Positions 57,980 through 64,000 of a stretch of DNA of 64,000 bases are shown here, piece by piece. Numbering within the stretch: position 1 is the first letter of the stretch; each line of letters starts with the position of its first letter. Both the position numbers and the translations under genes were made by a program. The stretch lies in contig CBDUHN010000010.1 in the NCBI GenBank assembly GCA_965367295.1, positions 2,906-66,905 on the forward strand. Direction: 5' to 3'. The notes beneath the pieces are model-generated. The model was not told the DNA's origin, did not search any database, and saw only the letters and a list, made by a program, of their open reading frames with translations. This stretch comes from an uncultured Gammaproteobacteria bacterium. Its GTDB lineage: Bacteria > Pseudomonadota > Gammaproteobacteria > DSM-19610.

Positions 57980-58017
57980 GGCGTAACACCCCGGTGAACC
58001 GGGGCATGTGCGGCGGC

Positions 58018-59805
58018 CTAGTCGGCCTTCGGCTCCGAAACCGGTTTGCGCAGGCGAATCGACAGCTCGCGCAACTGTGCCTCACCCACTTCCGAGGGCG
58101 CATCGGTAAGCAGGCAGGCCGCGGTCTGGGTCTTGGGAAAGGCCATCACTTCGCGGATGGAAGCGGCACCGGTCATCAGCATGACCAGGCGATCCATGCC
58201 GAAGGCGATGCCGCCGTGGGGCGGACAGCCATACTGCAGGGCGGTGAGCAGGAAGCCGAACTTCTCACTGGCCTCCTCATCGCTGATACCCAGCAGTTCG
58301 AATACCCGGGTCTGCACCTGGGAGCGGAAGATACGCATGGAGCCACCGCCCAGTTCGGTGCCGTTCAGCACCATGTCATAGGCGCGCGATTTGCAGGCGG
58401 CCGGATCGCTATCGAGCAGCGGCAGATCGGATTCGCGCGGCGAGGTGAAGGGATGATGCAGGGACACCCAACGGTTGGCGCCCTCGTCCCATTCGAACAT
58501 GGGGAAGTCCACCACCCACAGGGGCGCCCATTCACCCTGCAGCAGGCCACGATCATGGCCCAGCTTCACACGCAGAGCACCGAGCGCCTCGTTGACGATC
58601 CTCGTTTTGTCGGCGCCGAAGAACACCAGGTCACCGGACTGGGCACCGGTGCGCTCCATGATGGCGCTGACCACCTCGTCGGGCAGGAACTTGAGGATGG
58701 GCGACTGCAGTCCGTCACGACCGGCGGCGGCATCATTGACCTTGATATAGGCCAGTCCCTTGGCACCGTAGATGCCGACAAACTTGGTGTAGTCGTCGAT
58801 CTCCTTGCGCGACAGCTCGCCACCCTGGGGCAGACGCAGCGCCGCCACCCTGCCATGGGGATCGCAGGCCGGACCGGAAAACACCTTGAACTCCACACCC
58901 TGCATCAGGTCGCCCACGTCCACCAGCTCCAGCGGGATGCGCAGGTCGGGCTTGTCGGAACCGTAGCGCAGCATGGCCTCGTCGTAATCCATGCGCGGGA
59001 AGGGGTTGGGCAGTTCCACGTCGAGCACGTCCTTGAACAGACCGCGCATCATGCCTTCCATCAGCCCCATCAGGTCATTTTCATCCAGGAACGAGGTCTC
59101 GATATCGAGCTGGGTGAATTCAGGCTGGCGGTCGGCGCGCAGGTCCTCGTCGCGGAAACAGCGCACGATCTGGTAGTAACGATCCATACCGGACATCATC
59201 AGCAGCTGCTTGAACAGCTGCGGCGACTGCGGCAGGGCGAAGAAGGTACCGGGATGGGTGCGGCTCGGCACCAGGTAGTCGCGGGCACCTTCCGGCGTGG
59301 CCTTGGTGAGGATCGGCGTCTCGATGTCGAGGAACCCTTCGGCGTCCAGGTAGTTGCGCAGGAAACGGCTCACCTGTGAGCGCAGCCGCAGCCGCTGCTG
59401 CATCTGCGGCCGGCGTAGGTCCAGATAGCGATAGCGCAACCGGTGTTCCTCGGAGACGCTGTCATCATCGAGCTGAAAGGGCGGGGTTTCCGAGGCATTC
59501 AGAATGATAAGTTCGAGTCCCAGCACTTCCACCTGGCCGGTGGCCAGTTCGGGATTCTCGGTGCCGGCCGGACGACGGCGCACCCGGCCTCTCACCTGCA
59601 GCACGTATTCATTGCGCACCCGTTCGGCGGTGGCGAAAGTGGCCTCGGCATCGGGATCGAACACCACCTGCACCAGGCCCTCGCGGTCCCTCAGGTCGAC
59701 AAAAATCACCCCGCCGTGATCACGGCGCCGGTTGACCCAACCCGCCAGAGTAACTTCCTGGTCCAGAAGGGATTCGTTGACTTCACCACAGTACAGACTA
59801 CGCAT
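58018..59805 (-). CDS. aspS: Aspartate--tRNA ligase
   Basis: The 595-aa ORF begins [43 protein letters not shown].. and contains class II synthetase motifs. Confidence 0.97.
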   Translation of the reverse strand: MRSLYCGEVNESLLDQEVTLAGWVNRRRDHGGVIFVDLRDREGLVQVVFDPDAEATFATAERVRNEYVLQVRGRVRRRPAGTENPELATGQVEVLGLELIILNASETPPFQLDDDSVSEEHRLRYRYLDLRRPQMQQRLRLRSQVSRFLRNYLDAEGFLDIETPILTKATPEGARDYLVPSRTHPGTFFALPQSPQLFKQLLMMSGMDRYYQIVRCFRDEDLRADRQPEFTQLDIETSFLDENDLMGLMEGMMRGLFKDVLDVELPNPFPRMDYDEAMLRYGSDKPDLRIPLELVDVGDLMQGVEFKVFSGPACDPHGRVAALRLPQGGELSRKEIDDYTKFVGIYGAKGLAYIKVNDAAAGRDGLQSPILKFLPDEVVSAIMERTGAQSGDLVFFGADKTRIVNEALGALRVKLGHDRGLLQGEWAPLWVVDFPMFEWDEGANRWVSLHHPFTSPRESDLPLLDSDPAACKSRAYDMVLNGTELGGGSMRIFRSQVQTRVFELLGISDEEASEKFGFLLTALQYGCPPHGGIAFGMDRLVMLMTGAASIREVMAFPKTQTAACLLTDAPSEVGEAQLRELSIRLRKPVSEPKAD

Positions 59806-60048
59806 GGAATGGATCCGGTATCAATTTGGATGCTGGGCGCGACCGACGCCGCGTCGAAAGGCGGGAATGGTACGGCCTGGAACGAGGGGGCGCAAGGCTG
59901 CGCGGAGGGTGGCTACCCCCTCCGAGCGCAACAAGGAAAGCGCTACGGACCCCCGCAGGGGGGCAAGCCCCCCCTCTTCCAGCCCTGCAGGCGGCCTTCT
60001 CCCCCGGGAAGACGGAAATCCGGGTGGCCGCCTTCGGCAGCCCTGGAC

Positions 60049-60327
60049 CTAGCTGCAGCCGCCGCAACCACCGGAGCCACAACCGCCACCCGAATCCGAT
60101 TTGGGCGGGGATTTTGGCTCGGCACCGGCGATATTCTTGCGGCCGGATTTCTTGAAGTCGGTCTCGTACCAGCCACCGCCCTTGAGGCGGAAACCGGCGG
60201 CGGAGATCAGCTTCTGCAAGGCGGGCTTGCCGCATTCGGGACAATCCTTGAGCGGGTCATCGCTCATTTTCTGGATAGTCTCCAGCTCGTGGCCACATTC
60301 AGTGCACTGATACTCATAGATTGGCAT
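60049..60327 (-). CDS. FmdB-family zinc-ribbon protein
   Basis: MPIYEYQCTECGHELETIQKMSDDPLKDCPECG.. has two CxxC pairs, and the product ends in a Gly/Cys-rich tail. Confidence 0.85.
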   Translation of the reverse strand: MPIYEYQCTECGHELETIQKMSDDPLKDCPECGKPALQKLISAAGFRLKGGGWYETDFKKSGRKNIAGAEPKSPPKSDSGGGCGSGGCGGCS

Positions 60328-60459
60328 ACATAAACCCTGGTGAAGATACTGGATAAGCGCCGATATGGGGCCTGGCCACGGCGGCTTCAAGGCGGCCGTG
60401 CGAGGCGGAGTATACTGGAATGCCCGCCCCGCGGCTCCACGGGACCAGGAATTTTCGAC

Positions 60460-60735
60460 TCAGCCCAACCCCAGATCGTCTTCCTCCTGCTCCCGCTCCC
60501 GGGCCTCTTCCGCCTTGGCGTGCTCCAGCACCCGGATCAGGCGGGCATGTTCCGCCTCGGCCAGGCCGAAGTGCACATAGCGCTCGGCGGCCTCCTGGAC
60601 CTTCTGCAGGTATTCGCAGCGGTGCATCAGGTACAGAAAGGCGTGGCCGAGGCTGTTCACGTCCTGCCCCGCATCCCGCAACTGCCGCGCATGGGTCAGG
60701 GCGGTCTGCATCTGCTCATCACTGGGTCGTTTCAT
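60460..60735 (-). CDS. Small hypothetical helical protein (91 aa) with an acidic C-terminus
   Basis: This is an ORF with GGAG upstream of its ATG. No family was recognised. Confidence 0.45.
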   Translation of the reverse strand: MKRPSDEQMQTALTHARQLRDAGQDVNSLGHAFLYLMHRCEYLQKVQEAAERYVHFGLAEAEHARLIRVLEHAKAEEAREREQEEDDLGLG

Positions 60736-60778
60736 GGAATCTCCTTAGCTTGTGTTCCGGTCTGTCCCACGGGGCACC

Positions 60779-60809
60779 CGCAGGTGCGAATTCATGGGCA
60801 TTACCTGCG
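60779..60809. repeat. Degenerate REP-like element, copy 8
   Basis: In cgcaggtgcgaattcatgggcattacctgcg the outer arms gcaggt/acctgc and the central GAATTCAT are retained. Confidence 0.4.
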
Positions 60810-61003
60810 CGGACAATCCGTGCGTCTGTCTCGAATCCCGCCGGGGAGCTCGATGTTCCTTACACCTGCCCAGGCCCGGGCACCCGGCGGCATTGCGAAT
60901 GCAATCACACCTGCAAGCACCCGCTCGCCCCGGCCATCGAATTCCCCGATATCCATGGGGCCAATCCATCATATCCGTTTTCCCTCCAGAGGGTTTGGGT
61001 ACA

Positions 61004-62869
61004 ATGACCCGCTCCAGTATCTCCGGACCCGACCCCGAACGCATGAACTTCTACGGCCACCACACCTCCCTGCCCAATACCCGTTCCAGCGACACAAAGA
61101 CCCTGCGTTCCCTGGCCCCCTTTCTGTGGGACTACCGTGGCCGGGTCATCCTTGCGCTGGTGGCACTGGTACTGTCCAAGGTGGCCAACGTCGGTATCCC
61201 GCTGGTACTCAAGGATATCGTCGATGCACTGGATGCCAATGGCAAGGAAATCGCCCTGGTACTGCCGCTGGCCCTGCTGCTCGGCTACGGCGCCCTGAAA
61301 TTAACCGCCTCACTGTTCAACGAGCTGCGCGATGCCCTGTTTGCCCGGGTGCGACACGGCGCCATGCGCAAGATCTCGCTGCGCGTACTGAATCACCTGC
61401 ACCGGCTGTCTCTGCGCTTTCACCTGGAACGCAAGACCGGTGGCATCTCCCGCGACATCGAACGCGGCACCCGCAGCGTCAGCTCACTGCTCAACTACAT
61501 GGTGTTCAGCATCCTGCCCACGCTGGTGGAGGTCACCATGATTGCCGGTATCCTGCTCACCAAATACAGCGCCTGGTTTGCCGTCATCGCCGCCGGCTCG
61601 GTGGTGATCTACATCGCCTTCACCTTCTACATCACCGAGTGGCGCATGCAGTACCGGGTGACCATGAACCGCCTCGATTCCGAGGCCAATACCCGGGCCA
61701 TCGACAGCCTGATCAACTACGAAACGGTGAAATACTTCGGCAATGAACAGCACGAACTCAACCGCTACAACCACAATCTGTCCGAGTGGGAAGATGCCGC
61801 GGTCAAGAGCCAGACCTCGCTTTCGACGCTGAACTTCGGTCAGGCCGGTATCATCGCCACCGCCGTTACGCTGATGATGATCCTGGCGTCTCAGGGCGTG
61901 GTCAATGGCACACTCAGCATCGGCGACCTGGTGCTGATCAACGCCTTCCTGCTGCAGCTGTTCATCCCGCTGAATTTTCTCGGCGTGGTATACAGCCAGC
62001 TCAAGCATGCGCTTACCGACATGCAGCTGATGTTCGATGTACTGGAACAGGAACCGGAGATTCAGGATCGCCGGGATGCGCCCGAACTGGTGGTGGGCGC
62101 CGGAGAGGTGGTATTCGAGGAAGTGGGTTTCGCGTACGACCAGGACCGCCCCATTCTGCATCAGGTCAGCTTCCGTATCCCGGCCGGCCAGAAGGTCGCG
62201 GTGGTGGGTGCCAGCGGTGCCGGCAAATCCACCCTGGCGCGCCTGCTGTTCCGCTTCTACGACGTCAACCAGGGCCGCATCCTGATCAACGGCCAGGATA
62301 TCCGCACAGTTACCCAGCAGAGTCTGCGCGCCGCCATCGGCATCGTGCCCCAGGACACGGTGCTGTTCAATGAAAGCATCTTCTATAACATTGCCTATGC
62401 CCGCCCCGGCGCGAGCCACGAGGACGTGGTCGCCGCGGCGAAGATCGCCAACATTCACGGCTTCATCGAATCCCTGCCCAATGGCTATGAGACCATCGTC
62501 GGCGAGCGGGGCCTGAAATTGTCCGGCGGCGAGAAACAGCGTGTCGCCATCGCCCGTGCGACGCTGAAGAACCCGCGCATCCTGGTATTCGATGAAGCCA
62601 CATCCAGCCTCGACAGCCATTCGGAACAGGTCATACTGGAATCCCTGCGCAAGGCCGCCGCCCACCACACCACATTGGTCATCGCCCATCGCCTGTCCAC
62701 CGTCGTGGATGCCGACCAGATCCTGGTCATGGATAACGGGCGTATCGTGGAGCAGGGCACTCATCAGCACCTGCTGGGTCAACAGGGCGCCTATGCGCGG
62801 CTATGGGCATTACAACAGGAAGAACGGATTCTGGAACGGGCGGAAGACATGACGGTGCTCACCGAATAA
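61004..62869 (+). CDS. ABC transporter, fused permease/ATPase of the Atm1/ABCB7 (heavy-metal or glutathione-conjugate exporter) type
   Basis: The start is at ATG 61004. The product has six TM helices then an NBD with the Walker A GASGAGKST, the LSGGEKQR signature and the Walker B ILVFDEATS. The TMD motifs resemble Atm1-type exporters. Confidence 0.88.
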   Translation: MTRSSISGPDPERMNFYGHHTSLPNTRSSDTKTLRSLAPFLWDYRGRVILALVALVLSKVANVGIPLVLKDIVDALDANGKEIALVLPLALLLGYGALKLTASLFNELRDALFARVRHGAMRKISLRVLNHLHRLSLRFHLERKTGGISRDIERGTRSVSSLLNYMVFSILPTLVEVTMIAGILLTKYSAWFAVIAAGSVVIYIAFTFYITEWRMQYRVTMNRLDSEANTRAIDSLINYETVKYFGNEQHELNRYNHNLSEWEDAAVKSQTSLSTLNFGQAGIIATAVTLMMILASQGVVNGTLSIGDLVLINAFLLQLFIPLNFLGVVYSQLKHALTDMQLMFDVLEQEPEIQDRRDAPELVVGAGEVVFEEVGFAYDQDRPILHQVSFRIPAGQKVAVVGASGAGKSTLARLLFRFYDVNQGRILINGQDIRTVTQQSLRAAIGIVPQDTVLFNESIFYNIAYARPGASHEDVVAAAKIANIHGFIESLPNGYETIVGERGLKLSGGEKQRVAIARATLKNPRILVFDEATSSLDSHSEQVILESLRKAAAHHTTLVIAHRLSTVVDADQILVMDNGRIVEQGTHQHLLGQQGAYARLWALQQEERILERAEDMTVLTE

Positions 62870-62990
62870 GATCCTGCGAGTGTGGGGTTATGCGCAGAAC
62901 CAGGCCCATGTCGATCTGTCATTACCCGGGGAATCACTGATTAGTTCGTTGCGGAGAGCACAGCGACGTGGCGATCTCTGCACAATTGAT

Positions 62991-63016
62991 TCTGCAAATG
63001 AATTCACACCTGCAGG
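62991..63016. repeat. Degenerate REP-like element, copy 9
   Basis: tctgcaaatgaattcacacctgcagg shares the AATGAATTC core and the cctgcag arm. Confidence 0.4.
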
Positions 63017-63053
63017 GGCCAGCTTACTTCGTGTAGCGTACCTGTTCTGGCCG

Positions 63054-63647
63054 CTATCCCTTGCCATCCGCCGAGTCGCGCCGTGCACGCAGCATTTCGG
63101 CCTGCCGGGTGAGGATGTGCTTGACCAGCAGATCACGATCCGGCTCGCGAATATACTGGTATTCCACTGCCACGCGCCAGGGCATGCCCACTTCCACATC
63201 ACCACGGCGCTCACAGCAGACTACCCGGCTCACGGTCAGAATGCCGGTCAGGGACGGGAACAGTACCAGCCGCGTTTCCACCAGATCACCCACGCGCAGT
63301 TCGCGCTCGGTGTTGAAGGCCAGGCCACCGGCACTCAAGCTCACTTCGCGCATGCCTTCACCATCGATGTTGATGCTTTCAGCCACCAGCAACTGCGCCA
63401 GCAGGTTGAGTTTCTTGTCGAGCATCTGCAGACACATGGACAGGTCGGGTGATTTTACCGACAGGTTGTTCAGCAAATGATTCAGCTGGCGCGAAGTGCT
63501 GGCAAAACTGGCCGCCGCAGTAAACCGGTCCGGCACCTCATCCTTGATACGGAACAGCACACATTCCATTTCACTTTCCGTGATCACCCGGTATTCCAGC
63601 GTAACTTCATCCTCGATACGGAAATATTCCCTGCGTTCGTCGCTCAT
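63054..63647 (-). CDS. PilZ-domain (c-di-GMP receptor) protein
   Basis: It has the N-terminal RREYFRI (RxxxR) and the downstream ..VSLSAGGLAF.. (D/NxSxxG-type) motifs. It is 197 aa. Confidence 0.78.
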   Translation of the reverse strand: MSDERREYFRIEDEVTLEYRVITESEMECVLFRIKDEVPDRFTAAASFASTSRQLNHLLNNLSVKSPDLSMCLQMLDKKLNLLAQLLVAESINIDGEGMREVSLSAGGLAFNTERELRVGDLVETRLVLFPSLTGILTVSRVVCCERRGDVEVGMPWRVAVEYQYIREPDRDLLVKHILTRQAEMLRARRDSADGKG

Positions 63648-64000
63648 GGTGTCCCCTGTTGCTGATTCGATTCAGGCGCCTTGGGTACCGTCACTGCCGC
63701 ACCCACGCCGGCACTCACACCACTGCCGACAGAGGCTTTGGTTGTAGCCGGAGGTATATCCGCATCCACTTCCTGGTCGCTACCTGCCTCCACCCCAGGC
63801 AATTCGGGCCGTTTCACTGCTCCGGTACTGACGCCGGTTGCGGGCTCCTCGGGCATGGCAGGACGGGCACTGGCACTTACACCGCTGCCTTTTTTCACCG
63901 TCGCCGCTGTCCTCGCAGCCGCCTTGTCTGCGCTGCCGGCGGCCGGCGCAGGTGTATTCTTGGCGGGTGTGACGGCCGTGGGTTCCTTCTTTTCCTCGGT
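63644..64000 (-). CDS. Partial CDS (C-terminal end). Ala/Gly/Pro/Thr-rich low-complexity protein whose stop overlaps the PilZ start as ATGA.
   Basis: The minus frame stays open from 64000 to the TGA at 63644..63646. The N-terminus lies outside the window. An open frame in GC-rich DNA is weak evidence on its own. Confidence 0.4.
   Translation of the reverse strand, partial: TEEKKEPTAVTPAKNTPAPAAGSADKAAARTAATVKKGSGVSASARPAMPEEPATGVSTGAVKRPELPGVEAGSDQEVDADIPPATTKASVGSGVSAGVGAAVTVPKAPESNQQQGTP

Noticed and set aside
59806-60048. GC-rich 243-bp aspS-fmdB intergenic region with several short GC hairpins (for example cggaggg..ccctccg). I considered it as a structured regulatory RNA.
   Set aside because: I cannot match it to any known leader or riboswitch, T-box control is not expected in proteobacteria, and short GC stems arise easily at this GC content. 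I leave it as unexplained rather than a finding.
61484-62782. 432-aa ORF on the minus strand. The same applies to other long shadow ORFs such as 9963..11129, 47907..49019 and 58018-antisense 57970..59379.
   Set aside because: Each is antisense to a gene with unambiguous family motifs (the Atm1-type ABC exporter, purL, ruvB, aspS). All are shadow ORFs of GC-rich coding sequence.

Overview
This is a 64-kb piece of a roughly 60% GC chromosome of gammaproteobacterial type, densely coding on both strands. Most of it is conserved housekeeping sequence. Its local gene order matches blocks known from E. coli and Pseudomonas: ettA; msrPQ; purL; bamC-dapA; gcvR-bcp; perM; bepA; queCE; ybgC-tolQRAB-pal-cpoB; aspS-nudB-yebC-ruvCAB.

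Sulfur-lithotrophy genes are interleaved with these blocks. They are a truncated Sox cluster (soxXYZA plus soxB, with no soxCD in the window), a rhodanese-tusA pair and a yeeE-family sulfur-compound transporter.

Several insertions appear to break the conserved blocks:
- About 8.6 kb lies between perM and bepA. It holds a LysR regulator, a sensor-less MCP, an unknown exported protein, two divergent FadL-type porins and rhodanese-tusA.
- About 4.8 kb splits ruvA from ruvB. It holds an orphan PotD-like binding protein, a dCache-HAMP-GGDEF-EAL protein and a periplasmic alpha-carbonic anhydrase.
- A third FadL-type porin sits between nudB and yebC.

There is one tRNA-Lys(UUU). I saw no rRNA, CRISPR array, transposase, integrase or phage genes.

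The observations most worth following up:
1. A GlrK/QseG/GlrR-type sigma-54 two-component operon is followed by a -24/-12 promoter-like element and a perfect TGTC-N10-GACA palindrome. These sit in front of two tandem secreted EF-hand protein genes.
2. An NspS/MbaA-like binding-protein plus c-di-GMP enzyme pair.
3. A family of about 28-bp palindromic REP-like elements (core GTCCGAAT-GA-ATTCGGAC) occurs in at least nine intergenic sites.
4. An intact ruvC reading frame has no ATG/GTG/TTG start codon.
5. A decayed galT/HIT-like gene.
6. Small ATGA-coupled or strongly SD-preceded ORFs of unknown function.

All functional calls come from my reading of the translated ORFs and motifs. No database search was run.
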